Shown: one piece after another, positions 50,313 through 60,481 of the stretch
How the letters are laid out: the number at the start of each line of letters is the position of its first letter
How positions within the stretch are numbered: the first letter of the stretch is position 1
NCBI GenBank assembly: GCA_965217585.1
Contig: OZ244561.1
Coordinates: 1,760,001-1,824,000 of the forward strand
Source of the DNA: Candidatus Latescibacterota bacterium
GTDB lineage: Bacteria; Latescibacterota; UBA2968; UBA8231
Reading direction: 5' to 3'
DNA length: 64,000 nt
The notes under the pieces: generated by a model
Told to the model about the DNA's origin: nothing
The model's database searches: none
The model's input: the letters and a program-made list of their open reading frames with translations, nothing else
Translations under genes and position numbers: made by a program

Positions 50313-50918
50313 ATGCTCTATCGCAACCTGCTGCGCCACCGGTGGAAGGAGTTCATCCGCAACCCCTCTTGGCGTGGCATAAGCGTCGCCTACGCCATTT
50401 TTCTAGTTCTGCTAGTGCTGTACTTCCTGCTCAGCCTCGCCCTCACGGGAGTCTTCATCGGTCATCTGCTAACTAGTCAAGACCCCGCCGCCGATGTCGT
50501 CCGCTTAGTCAATCAGCACCTACTGAGCGTTTTCTTGCTCTTGTTCCTAGCCCGCGTGCTCTTTCAAAACACGCCGCAGCTAAAAATTGGCCCCTATCTT
50601 CACTTACCCGTTTCCCGGCCCGCTCTAGTGCGATTTTTCTCTTTGGCGTCCCTGTTCCACCTGCACAACCTACTACCGCTGGCCTTCTTTATTCCGTTCT
50701 GGATCGGCAATCTAGCGCTGACTTCACATTCCTTCACTATCTTTGGGGCCCATCGGCTGCAAAAGTGCAAGTACCACATGGCGGTCGGTTTTAGGGGGAT
50801 CACCGAGGTCTGCCGCCGGATTGCCGTCATTGAGCGCGGTGTAATCGTGCGCGATATCCGCACGGCCCCGGATACGCTGCGGGAATTGGAGTGCTACTTT
50901 GCCGTCGAGGAAATGTAA
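50313..50918 (+). pseudogene. Probable deletion chimera: DUF5687-like membrane protein N-terminus joined to an ABC ATPase C-terminus
   Basis: RHRWKEFIR...IGPYLHLPV followed by ITEVCRRIAVIERGVIVRDI...LRELECYFAV; no Walker motifs. Confidence 0.6.
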
Positions 50919-50952
50919 ACGGTTCAGTCGCGCTACTTCACCGATAAACACA

Positions 50953-50981
50953 AAATGGGACCTCAAATCGAGGCCCCATTT
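50953..50981. terminator. Hairpin between convergent genes (short-loop copy of a repeated element)
   Basis: aaatgggacctc-aaatc-gaggccccattt. Confidence 0.65.
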
Positions 50982-51005
50982 CGCAAACTCGCTGTGCCGC
51001 GGCTG

Positions 51006-54000
51006 TTACCTGAGCAGCAGCATCTTCTTGACTTCGTGGAACTCTCCGCCCGCCTCCAAGCGATAGAAATACATCCCCGAAGACAAGCTGTGTCCGCTGT
51101 CGTCGGTCGCATCCCACTCCACCGCGTAGCGACCCGCGCTCTGGTACTCGGCAACCAGCGTCCGCACCGCTTGGCCGACTACGTTATACACGGTCAACTC
51201 CACGTCCGCCGCCTGCGGCAGCGCATACTTGATCGTCGTCGTTGGATTGAACGGGTTCGGGAAATTGTCCGCCAAGGCGAACGCTTCCGGCCGCGTTTGA
51301 ACTGCTGCCTTCGCCGCCTCCGCCGCTCCCGATTCACTTATCGTGATCTCTACCTTGTCCCCTTCCAGCCCGTCAATCGTACCGACCAGCCTGATGATCT
51401 CGTCGCCCTCCTCCAAGTTGTCGGCGGCTGGATCGACGTAAAAATTCATCGTCCCTGTTATTGAGCCGGCCGGAATATCAATCATAGGAGTAAATAGCGC
51501 GGCGTAGTCCAAATCGCGCGTCGCTGAGGACGCGTTATCAATGGCCAAATGCACGGTCGCGTCCTCTTCCAACGCCTTGCCGTCCAACGTGGCGGTCACC
51601 GTAATAGTGGTCAAATCGTCATTCTCACTCAACGTGCTCGGATCCGCCGACAGCTCGATGGACGTACTCGGCGTTTCGTCGTCTCTGATCTTGATGTCTG
51701 TCAATAGGGTCTCGCCAGTTGATATGAGCCTAGCCCGCACACCCAAAGCCTTCAAGCCCTCTTCATCATCGTCGTTGACGGGAGTGAGGGTCAGCGTCGT
51801 CGTCCCCTCGGTAGCTCCGGCCGGAATGATGATAAGCGCATTTAGTTTCGCCGTGTAGTCCACATCGCGCACCGCCGCCGTCCCCTCGCTTGGAGCCACG
51901 ATAGAAAACAGCACAATCTCGTTAGCCGCTGCGGCGGCAGTCAAGGTAATAGTCAGCGAGACTTCCGTCGCCTCAGCGTCTTCGCGGATCACCGCAGGCA
52001 CCACCGTCAACTCAGCGGCCGCAGCCCTAGGCGCAGGATTGACCGTGACGGAGAAGGTCAGCGTGGCCGTGGCACTGTTGTCGTCAGTCACTGTGTAGGT
52101 GACTTCAACCGCACCGTCGGTCGCTTCCGTAGGCGTGCCTCCAAGCGTCCGCGTGACCGCGTCGAGCTCCAAGCCCGTAGGCAAAGCCGAGACGCTATAC
52201 GTCAGCTCGCCGTCGCCGCCCGAAGCCTCCGGCAGCACCCAATCGACAATCGCCGTCCCAACCGTGTACGTCTGGTCGTTGATCGAAGCGCCTGCTGCGA
52301 AGACCGGCAGCGTCCCCTCCTCGGCGATTGTAATGGTGAAGGTCAGCGTGGCTGCGTCGTCGCCACTGTCAGTCACTGTGTAGGTGACTGCAGCCGCACC
52401 GTCGGTCGCTTCCGTAGGTGTACCCGCAAGCGTCCGCGTAGCCGCGTCAAACTCCAAGCCCGCCGGCAAGGCCGAAACGCTATACGTCAGCGGAGCGTCG
52501 CCGCCCGAAGCCTCCGGTAGCACCCAATCGGCAATCGCCCTCCCAACCACGTACGTCTGGGCGTCGATGGCAGCGTCCGCAGCAAAGGAAGGCGTACCGC
52601 CCTCGCCGGTGTCTTGCAGCGTTATATCTACAGTGCCGACCGTCAGCTTGACATTGTCTCCGTCAGCATACTGGGCGGTGATTTGGTTGTTGGCGTACGG
52701 CACGGTCACCCTGATTGTCTCGTCGGCCTCCACGCTCTTGTCGTCAACAGGGGTGATAGTGATCGTCGTCGTCCCCGACACCGAGCCGGCCGGAATCGTC
52801 AGACGACGCATTCTTGCCGTATAGTCTATATCGCGCGTCGCCTCAACAACATCCACGACATTGCCGTCAGCGTCCGTATCCTTGGGATCGGAGTCAACGG
52901 TCAAGATCAGGACCACGTCATCGTCGAATACCTTCCCGTCCAACGTTCCGGTCACCGCAATATCGGTCGCACTGGCACCTTCGCTTATCGTGGCCGGATC
53001 CGCCGTCAGTGAGATGTTCATGCTATTCGCGTCGTCGTCGGCGATCACTATCGTTTTAGTCGCCAATACGGCACCGACTGTAACCTGTATATATATCGCC
53101 CCTCGCTGAGCCACAGCAGTGTCGTTCGTGGGGGTGATGGTGAATGTCGTCGTCCCCTCGGTAGCACCGGCCGGAATGATGAACGGCGAACCAAAGACCA
53201 GCGTGTAGTGCACATCGCGTGTCGGAGTGCCCGTCACAGTATCACCAGACGGCAAAACAGCGCCGTTTGGCAAAACAGCGAGCCTCACCGTCTTGTCCTC
53301 AACCAAGGCCTCCGTCAAGGAGACTGTCAGCTCGATCGTCGTCTCACCGGCGTCCTCGCGAATACTCTCTTGACTAAGCGTAATGGCATCGGCCGTGGCA
53401 GCGATTTCCTTCTTTATTTTTATATCTACGGAGCTGAGCGTTAGCCCATCATCTTCAATCTGTATTCCCGGGGCGTCCGCGTCCGTATCATTATCAAGAG
53501 ACTGCACCCGGATCGTGCCAGGCAACCGGTTTTGGGGGGTGATGGTAATCGTCGCCGTCCCCGACACCGAATTGCTCGGAATCGTGAGCGTCGTCAGTGT
53601 CACCGTGTAGTCCAAGTCGCGCTGCGCCTCGCGATTATCCTTCGTCGCATCGGCATCGTCCATATCGCCATCACTATCGGTATCGGTGTTGGGATCATCC
53701 GTCAAGTCGGGATGATCGCCAATGGTCAAGGCGAAGCTCGTCGCCTCGTCTAGAACCTTTCCATCCAAGGTTGCCGTCACTGTGATTTCGGTCGCACCAT
53801 CGAACCGGTTTAGCTCGACAATATCCGCCGACAGGTTGATGTTTTGGCTCTCCTTGTCGTCGTCAATCAGCGTAATCGTCGCCGATTCAACCGTCTTACG
53901 GCCAGCATTGCCGCTGATCACAATGGGAATATCTTCGTCGACGACATCATCATTGATGGGGATGAGGGAGAGGGTCCCCGTTGCCTTTTTCTCGCCAGCC

Positions 54001-55019
54001 AGAATCCTGAGAACGGTCAGCCTTATGTAGAAGCGACTATTAAGCCCCTCATGGGAGACGCCCAAGAGCACATACGTATCCGCCTCCAACGCTGTATCAT
54101 CAGTAACTTCGACGGTCACCTCGATTTCGGTCTCACCGGCATCCTCGCGTACACTCGCAGGATTCACCGACAGTTCCAAGTCCGCCTGCACCGTTGCCTC
54201 GGCGCTGCTCTCCGTTACCTCGTCGGAACTCTCCGTTACCAAGTCCGCCTGCACCGTTGCCTCGGTGCTACTCTCCGTTACCGCTGGCGGCTCCGGTGCC
54301 CATTCGGATAAGATTTCCGATCTTGCCGATCTTACCTGCACTTCATAAATCGCATTGCTGTTCAAGCCGATAACCTCGTAAGGCACAGTAGAGCCGGCAC
54401 CGTCCGCATATGTTATTTCGTTATTATTTTCATCTCTTATTCTTCGTTCTGCTACGACAGGCTTCCAATCCGTAGTCCCCTGCTCCCTGTATTTCACCCG
54501 GTAGGTGTTTTGATCTTGGTTGGTTCCCGTTTGTTCCCAAGTCACGGAAAGCACTCCGTTTACAAGTGTCGCCACCACGTTGGTGGGCGCTACGGGCGGT
54601 CCGGGCACAATCACCGCCAGCCCGCTCGACAGGGCCCGGCCGTCCGCCGTGCATACCGAGCTTGCCGACTCGCAATCCGCAGACGGCGGCAGGGTGATGG
54701 ACACATCCGCGTCCGCCTCCGGCTCGATGGTGATCTGCCAGCCCAAGTTGCTGCCCTGCACCAAGCGCCGCGCACTTTCCACCACGCCGCCGGTCACGTC
54801 GAGCACGTCGTCCCGCATGTTCACGTAGCTGATCTCGATTTCCTCACTGAAGTGAAGCTCGAATGTGAACTCGCTGCCGTCATGCGACGCCGGCAGCGCC
54901 TCAAAGCTCGCCGTCAGCGTCTGCGCCGCAGCCTCCCCGCTCCATCCCAACACCAAACCAGCGACCAACAGCCAAGGCACACGGGCCAATCGCTGCATCA
55001 ACAACTTTATATGTGTCAT
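51006..55019 (-). CDS. Secreted Ig-repeat surface protein (FN3, Calx-beta-like, He_PIG repeats) with FlgD-Ig/T9SS-type CTD
   Basis: Signal peptide; FN3 (YRVKYRE...YEVQVR); LPAGLEFDAATRTLAGTPT repeats; NFPNPFNPTTTIKY...SSGMYFYRL...KKMLLLR. Confidence 0.88.
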   Translation of the reverse strand: MTHIKLLMQRLARVPWLLVAGLVLGWSGEAAAQTLTASFEALPASHDGSEFTFELHFSEEIEISYVNMRDDVLDVTGGVVESARRLVQGSNLGWQITIEPEADADVSITLPPSADCESASSVCTADGRALSSGLAVIVPGPPVAPTNVVATLVNGVLSVTWEQTGTNQDQNTYRVKYREQGTTDWKPVVAERRIRDENNNEITYADGAGSTVPYEVIGLNSNAIYEVQVRSARSEILSEWAPEPPAVTESSTEATVQADLVTESSDEVTESSAEATVQADLELSVNPASVREDAGETEIEVTVEVTDDTALEADTYVLLGVSHEGLNSRFYIRLTVLRILAGEKKATGTLSLIPINDDVVDEDIPIVISGNAGRKTVESATITLIDDDKESQNINLSADIVELNRFDGATEITVTATLDGKVLDEATSFALTIGDHPDLTDDPNTDTDSDGDMDDADATKDNREAQRDLDYTVTLTTLTIPSNSVSGTATITITPQNRLPGTIRVQSLDNDTDADAPGIQIEDDGLTLSSVDIKIKKEIAATADAITLSQESIREDAGETTIELTVSLTEALVEDKTVRLAVLPNGAVLPSGDTVTGTPTRDVHYTLVFGSPFIIPAGATEGTTTFTITPTNDTAVAQRGAIYIQVTVGAVLATKTIVIADDDANSMNISLTADPATISEGASATDIAVTGTLDGKVFDDDVVLILTVDSDPKDTDADGNVVDVVEATRDIDYTARMRRLTIPAGSVSGTTTITITPVDDKSVEADETIRVTVPYANNQITAQYADGDNVKLTVGTVDITLQDTGEGGTPSFAADAAIDAQTYVVGRAIADWVLPEASGGDAPLTYSVSALPAGLEFDAATRTLAGTPTEATDGAAAVTYTVTDSGDDAATLTFTITIAEEGTLPVFAAGASINDQTYTVGTAIVDWVLPEASGGDGELTYSVSALPTGLELDAVTRTLGGTPTEATDGAVEVTYTVTDDNSATATLTFSVTVNPAPRAAAAELTVVPAVIREDAEATEVSLTITLTAAAAANEIVLFSIVAPSEGTAAVRDVDYTAKLNALIIIPAGATEGTTTLTLTPVNDDDEEGLKALGVRARLISTGETLLTDIKIRDDETPSTSIELSADPSTLSENDDLTTITVTATLDGKALEEDATVHLAIDNASSATRDLDYAALFTPMIDIPAGSITGTMNFYVDPAADNLEEGDEIIRLVGTIDGLEGDKVEITISESGAAEAAKAAVQTRPEAFALADNFPNPFNPTTTIKYALPQAADVELTVYNVVGQAVRTLVAEYQSAGRYAVEWDATDDSGHSLSSGMYFYRLEAGGEFHEVKKMLLLR
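54177..54282. repeat. In-frame 63-nt-period duplication in a linker
   Basis: caagtccgcctgcaccgttgcctcgg...ctccgttacc at 54177 and 54240 (TESSxEATVQADL twice). Confidence 0.85.
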
Positions 55020-55074
55020 TACTCAACCTCCCCAGGATAACATCCCAGTTTAAGAGTGATTGCATATTGATATG

Positions 55075-55105
55075 AATGTAAGGAAATAGGGCCTCAAATT
55101 TCAAT
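55075..55105 (-). promoter_or_regulatory. Putative promoter built from half of the repeated hairpin
   Basis: TTGAAA (55104-55099), 18 bp, TACATT (55080-55075). Confidence 0.5.
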
Positions 55106-55147
55106 TTTAAGAGTGTAAGAGTAGTTGCCTGTTGATTTATAATAATA

Positions 55148-55185
55148 GAAATGGGGCCTCAAATTGAAATTCGAGGCCCCATTTC
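55148..55185. terminator. Intrinsic terminator-like hairpin after 55209..60371
   Basis: 13-bp stem gaaatggggcctc / gaggccccatttc, 12-nt loop, AT-rich flanks. Confidence 0.75.
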
Positions 55186-55208
55186 TTTAACGCGCTGTGC
55201 TGCGAGTG

Positions 55209-58200
55209 CTACTTCAGCAACAGCATCTTCTTGACTTCGTGGAACTCTTCTCCCGCCTGCAAGCGGTAGAAATACATCCCCGACGACAAGCTGCGCCCGC
55301 TGTCATCGGTCGCATCCCACTCCACCACGTAGCGACCCGCGCTCTGATGCTCGGCAACCAGCGTCCGAACCACCTGACCAACTACGTTATAGACGGCCAA
55401 CTCCACGTCCGCCGCCTGCGGCAACGCATACTTAATCGTCGTCGCCGGGTTGAACGGGTTCGGGAAGTTGTTCGCCAAGGAGAATGCGGCCGGCAGCGTC
55501 TGCAACGATAGCGACGCGCTCGCGCCATTGGCGTCCGTAACCGTATACGTATATACGAATTCGCCCTCCGCCCTCGGCGTACCCGCAATCGTCCGCGTGG
55601 TCGCGTCAAACGTCAGGCCCGCCGGCAGGGCCGGTGAGAGGCGGTACGTTAGCGGTGCGGTGCCACCTGTGCCCTCCGGCAGCGTGAGGCCCTCCACGCG
55701 TTGGCCAACGACGAATTCGCGGATTGCAGCCAAATCGTGCGAAGCCGTCGGAACGACCTTGCCGGACCCGAACAAGTCGCCAAAACTCAGCCCCGGGTTG
55801 ACCGTGATGGAGAAGGTCAAAAAGGTGGCGGCCCCGCCCTCGTCAGTCACTATGTAGGTGACTTCAACTGCATCGTCGGTCGCGGCCGAAGGCTTGCCCG
55901 AAAGCGTCCGTGTCGCCGCGTCAAACTCCAAGCCCGCTGGCAAACCCACGAGCCTGTACGTCAGGGCACCCGTGCCGCCCGAAGCCTCCGGCAGCACAAG
56001 AGCGTCAATCGGCGTACCAGCCGTGTACTCTTGGTTGTCGATCGCGGCGTTGTCGGCGAAGGCAAGGGACGAACTCAGCCCGACGTTGACCGTGATGGAG
56101 AAGGTCAACACCGCGGCGGCCCCGCCCTCGTCAGTCACTAGGTAGGTGACTTCGACCGCGCCGTCGGTCGCGGCCGAAGGCGTACCCGAAAGCGTCCGCG
56201 TAGCCGCGTCAAACTCCAAGCCCGCGGGCAGGGTGCTCAAGATGCTGTACGTCAGGGCACCTGTGCCGCCCGAAGCGGCCGGCAGCACGAGAGAATCAAT
56301 CGCCGTCCCAGCCGTGTACGTCTGGTCGGCAACCTCGGCAGCGGCGAAGCCAAAGGACGTACTCAGCCCGACGTTGACCGTGATGGAGAAGGTCAACAGG
56401 GCGACAGCCGAGGCTTCGTCTTCCACCGTGTAGAAGACTTCGCCTGCACCGTCGGTGGCCGCCGAAGGCGTGCCCGAAAGCGTCCGCGTAGCCGCATCAA
56501 ACACCAAACCCGCTGGCAAGCCCAATACCCGGTACGTCAGGGCACCCGTGCCGCCTGTAGCTTCTGGCAGCACGAGAGAATCAATCGCCGTCCCAGCCGT
56601 GTACGTCTGGTCGGCAACCTCGGCAGCGGCGAAGCCAAAGGACGACGAACTCAGTGCCGGATTGACCGTGATGGAGAAGGTCAACAGGTCGACAGCCGAG
56701 GCTTCGTCTTCCACCGTGTAGATGACGACGACCGCGCCGTCGGTGGCGGCCGTAGGCGTGCCCGAAAGCGTCCGCGTAGCCGCGTCAAACTCCAAGCCCG
56801 CGGGCAAAACACTCAAGACGCTGTACGTCCGGGTACCTGTGCCGCCCGAAGCAGCCGGCAGCACGAGAGCGTCAATCGCCGTCCCAGCCGTGTACGTCTG
56901 GTCGGCGACCGCGGCGTCGGCGGCGAAGGCAAGGGACGCATCCCCCGGCTCCTCCGGCTCCTCCACCATCGCTGCTTGGTCGGCCAGCGTGATTTCTACC
57001 TCGCCCCCCGTCAGACCTGCCATCAAACTGGTCAGCTTGATGGTCTCGCTGCCCTCCGCTACAGTGTCGTTGATTGGTTGGATCGTAAGCTGAGTGGACC
57101 CCTTTATCGAGCCGGCTGGGATCCGAATCAGCGGATTGAATTCCGCGGAGTAGTCCACATCGCGCGACGCTGTTGACGATGCATCAATGGACACGATCAC
57201 GATTGCGTCCTCTGCCAACGCTTTCCCGTCCAACGTGGCGGTCACCGTGATAGTAGTCTCAGCGATTTCCTCGTTTATCATGTTCGGACTCACCGACAGC
57301 GCGATGGACGTACTCGGCGTTTCGTCGTCGGCGATCTCGATGTCCGTCAATAGCGTCGCACCGGATGCGAACCTAGCCTCCACACCGAACGCTCTCAGGC
57401 CATCCACCGTGGAGTTGTTCATAGGAATGAGGGTGAGGGTCGTCTCCCCAACGGTAGTACCGGCCGGAATGGTGACGACCGCCCTCAGTTTCGCATCGTA
57501 GTCCGCATCGCGCACGGCTGGCTTGCCGTCCGTGCCCTCGCTTGGAGCTACAATCCTAAATGTTATTCTCTCATCCGTGTCTTTGGCAGCCATCAACGAC
57601 ACGGTCAACAAGACTTGCGTCTCCCCAGCGTCCTCGCGGATCGACGAAGGAGTCGCCGTTAGCTGACCGTCGGCAACCGGGGGCGGCACCTCAGCCGCGT
57701 TGACCGTGATAGAGAAGATCAACAAAGTGGCCTGCTTGTCGACGTCACTTACCGTGTAGAAGATGTTGACCGCGCCGTCGGTGGCGGCCGTAGGTGTGCC
57801 CGAAAGCGTCCGCGTAGCCGCGTCAAACTCCAAGCCCGCTGGCAGGCCCAAGGCGGCGTACGTAAGCGGCGCATCGCCGCCTGTAGCTTCTGGCAGCACG
57901 AGAGGATCAATCGCCGTCCCAGCCGTGTACACTTGGTCGGCGATCGCATCGTCGGCGGTGAAGGACGGGATCGCCGGATCCAGAGGCACTGACTCCTCCG
58001 GCTCCTCCTCAGCCTCGTCGACCGTGATGGAGAAGATCAACAAAGCTGCTTGCTTGTCGACGTCACTTACCGTGTAGAAGACGTTGACCGCGCCGTCGGT
58101 GGCGGCCGTAGGTGTGCCCGAAAGCGTCCGCGTGGCCGCGTCAAACTCCAAGCCCGCTGGCAGGCCCAAGGTGCCGTACGTAAGCGGCGCATCGCCACCC

Positions 58201-60371
58201 GTAGCTTCCGGCAGTACGAGAGGGTCAATCGCCGTCCCAACGGTGTACACTTGGTCGGCGATCGCATCGTCGGCGGTGAAGGCCGGGATCGTCGGATCCT
58301 GAGGCTCTGGCTGCGACGAATCCTCCTCGCCGGAATCTTTCAGTGTTATATCCACGGAATTGACCGTCAGCGTTTGGACATCCCCATCTTCATCTAGGGC
58401 TTCGGGAGGATGAGACTCCAGACTTATCAAGCGGATCTTCTCGTCGTTTTCCTTCCCGTCATTGGTAACGGGGGTGATGGTGATCGTCGTCGTCCCTGTT
58501 ATCGAGCCGGCCGGAATCCTCAGAGGGTTCATGTCGTCATCATAGTCTTGATCGCGCGCCGCCATTTCATCGTCGTCAGGGGCCGTGGCGGCAATGCTCA
58601 AGAACACAACCACCTCATCGTCGAACTCCTTCCCGTCCAAAGTGCCGGTCACCGTAATCTCAGTCTCACCCGCGTCCTCGCTTATCGTGTCCGGACTCAC
58701 TTCTAGCGAGATCTGCTCGCTCGTCGAATCGTCGTCGGTAATTAGGATTCCTGCTCTGTGTGAGTCGTCGCCAACCGTCGCAATCACCGTGAACGTCCGG
58801 TTATCATTTCGCTCGCTGTCGTTTTCGACCTCGACGACCATTGTCGTCGTCCCTTTTGTCTCGCCCTGCGAGATGAAGAGAGTCTCCACCGTCGCATCCC
58901 AATGCGTATCGCGTGTCGCATTCTCCACACGGTCGTCGAAAGCCTCACTTAGATTTTCTACATCGTCGACACCGGTCTCAAAATTGAACCGCACCCTCTC
59001 GTCTTTCGACACGGGGTTCCGCAAGGAAACTTCCAGCGTGACCTCCTTCACCCCAGCGTCCTCACGTATCGCGAAAGGCGTCGCTTTTAGCCCTATAATA
59101 TCCTTAGCAGGCAGGGCCGTTAGATGGATAAACGCACGATTAACCTTTATCATACGTCCATCAATTTCCGGGGGATGCTTAACAATCACCCCAATAAGGC
59201 CGTCTCCTTTGTTAAGGGGGCGGATGTTAATCGTCGTCCTTCCCGACACCTTGCCATCTCGAATAGTTATCGAGCCCATATTCGCTTTGTAATCAGTCTC
59301 GCGCTTCGCCGCGTCGTCGTTAGTCTCATACGCGTCATCAATATTCAAGGTAAAACGCAAGTCGTCGTCTAGCACCTCTCCATCCAAGGAGGCCGTCACT
59401 TCGATATCGGTTGCAGGCCCACTTTTGCTTAGATCATCAGGAGAGAACGCGAGATTGATATATCTGCTCACCTTGTCGTCGTCAATCAGAGTAATATCTG
59501 CACTACTGACGCTCTTACCAGAGACAAAACCCTCCATCGTGATAGGAAGATCGCCTTCTTCATCATCTTCATTATCAGTGGGGGTGAAGGTGATCGTCCC
59601 CACGGCCTCTTTCTCGCCCTTCAGAATCCTGAGAGTGCGGGAGTAGTCTATGGAAAAACGATCACTGAACCTCTTGGCGTATTGTGCCAGATCCAAGAGC
59701 ACATTTGTATCATTCTTGTCATCCACCTGGTCATCGCTGCCAACTCTGACTCTCACAGTGATAGTGACCGGATCGTCGATGTCCTCGCGTACGCTAGTAG
59801 GATGCACCGACAGCACATAGTCCGGCTTTAGCACTATCTGCTTAGCAAAATACGTGCTAGGATCAATAGAGCTACCATCCTCGTTACCTTCGGTCTTCAC
59901 CTCTATCCTTACCCAATATTCACCAGTATCAGTAGCATCGTCCTGCCCCCTATAATCAATATCATCACTGGTTAAGGTATAGGTAAAGGGGGCCGCCGTG
60001 ATATCAGAAGGACTGCTTTGGATTGGACTATTACTAACACCGGCAACAATATCGGCAGGATCAACAGGAATTCTACCTGAAAATAAACTCACTGCGTAGC
60101 CCGTGGCAGGCTGCCCATTATCCGCATCATCGAAGCCCCTCGTCCGAGACATACTCCAACTCACAATAATCTCATTGTTACTATGATCTTCTTCATCCAA
60201 CTTAGCCGTCAAAACCATCTTGGGATCGGTGGCATGAAGATGATTGGCACCGTAATAATGAGCGTCGTCGCCACCAGCCACAGCCTCCCCGTTCCACCCC
60301 ATCACCAATCCAACAGCTAACAGCCAAGGCACATAGGCCAATCGCCGCAGCAATAACTTTTTGCGTAGCAT
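55209..60371 (-). CDS. Secreted Ig-repeat surface protein (Calx-beta-like and multiple He_PIG repeats) with FlgD-Ig/T9SS-type CTD
   Basis: Signal peptide similar to that of 51006..55019; repeated DQxYTAGTAIDxLVLP...GLEFDAATRTLSGTP; same CTD. Confidence 0.88.
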   Translation of the reverse strand: MLRKKLLLRRLAYVPWLLAVGLVMGWNGEAVAGGDDAHYYGANHLHATDPKMVLTAKLDEEDHSNNEIIVSWSMSRTRGFDDADNGQPATGYAVSLFSGRIPVDPADIVAGVSNSPIQSSPSDITAAPFTYTLTSDDIDYRGQDDATDTGEYWVRIEVKTEGNEDGSSIDPSTYFAKQIVLKPDYVLSVHPTSVREDIDDPVTITVRVRVGSDDQVDDKNDTNVLLDLAQYAKRFSDRFSIDYSRTLRILKGEKEAVGTITFTPTDNEDDEEGDLPITMEGFVSGKSVSSADITLIDDDKVSRYINLAFSPDDLSKSGPATDIEVTASLDGEVLDDDLRFTLNIDDAYETNDDAAKRETDYKANMGSITIRDGKVSGRTTINIRPLNKGDGLIGVIVKHPPEIDGRMIKVNRAFIHLTALPAKDIIGLKATPFAIREDAGVKEVTLEVSLRNPVSKDERVRFNFETGVDDVENLSEAFDDRVENATRDTHWDATVETLFISQGETKGTTTMVVEVENDSERNDNRTFTVIATVGDDSHRAGILITDDDSTSEQISLEVSPDTISEDAGETEITVTGTLDGKEFDDEVVVFLSIAATAPDDDEMAARDQDYDDDMNPLRIPAGSITGTTTITITPVTNDGKENDEKIRLISLESHPPEALDEDGDVQTLTVNSVDITLKDSGEEDSSQPEPQDPTIPAFTADDAIADQVYTVGTAIDPLVLPEATGGDAPLTYGTLGLPAGLEFDAATRTLSGTPTAATDGAVNVFYTVSDVDKQAALLIFSITVDEAEEEPEESVPLDPAIPSFTADDAIADQVYTAGTAIDPLVLPEATGGDAPLTYAALGLPAGLEFDAATRTLSGTPTAATDGAVNIFYTVSDVDKQATLLIFSITVNAAEVPPPVADGQLTATPSSIREDAGETQVLLTVSLMAAKDTDERITFRIVAPSEGTDGKPAVRDADYDAKLRAVVTIPAGTTVGETTLTLIPMNNSTVDGLRAFGVEARFASGATLLTDIEIADDETPSTSIALSVSPNMINEEIAETTITVTATLDGKALAEDAIVIVSIDASSTASRDVDYSAEFNPLIRIPAGSIKGSTQLTIQPINDTVAEGSETIKLTSLMAGLTGGEVEITLADQAAMVEEPEEPGDASLAFAADAAVADQTYTAGTAIDALVLPAASGGTGTRTYSVLSVLPAGLEFDAATRTLSGTPTAATDGAVVVIYTVEDEASAVDLLTFSITVNPALSSSSFGFAAAEVADQTYTAGTAIDSLVLPEATGGTGALTYRVLGLPAGLVFDAATRTLSGTPSAATDGAGEVFYTVEDEASAVALLTFSITVNVGLSTSFGFAAAEVADQTYTAGTAIDSLVLPAASGGTGALTYSILSTLPAGLEFDAATRTLSGTPSAATDGAVEVTYLVTDEGGAAAVLTFSITVNVGLSSSLAFADNAAIDNQEYTAGTPIDALVLPEASGGTGALTYRLVGLPAGLEFDAATRTLSGKPSAATDDAVEVTYIVTDEGGAATFLTFSITVNPGLSFGDLFGSGKVVPTASHDLAAIREFVVGQRVEGLTLPEGTGGTAPLTYRLSPALPAGLTFDATTRTIAGTPRAEGEFVYTYTVTDANGASASLSLQTLPAAFSLANNFPNPFNPATTIKYALPQAADVELAVYNVVGQVVRTLVAEHQSAGRYVVEWDATDDSGRSLSSGMYFYRLQAGEEFHEVKKMLLLK
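55798..56935. repeat. Four tandem 288-nt He_PIG-encoding units
   Basis: ttgaccgtgatggagaaggtcaa recurs at 55798, 56086, 56374 and 56662. Confidence 0.9.
57700..58290. repeat. Two near-identical He_PIG-encoding units, 318-nt period
   Basis: Units containing gaccgtgat..agaagatcaacaaag begin at about 57700 and 58018. Confidence 0.85.
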
Positions 60372-60414
60372 TACTCTACCTCCCCAAGTTAAGAGTAATT
60401 ATCCACTTGATTCA

Positions 60415-60457
60415 AATATAGCAAATAGGGCCTCAAATTTCAATCTGAGGCCCTATT
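60415..60457 (-). promoter_or_regulatory. Terminator-like hairpin overlapping a putative promoter
   Basis: Stem aatagggcctca / tgaggccctatt (60424-60457); minus strand TTGAAA (60443-60438), 17 bp ending TGc, TATATT (60420-60415). Confidence 0.6.
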
Positions 60458-60481
60458 CACTAACTCTCTGTGCAGTGAGGG

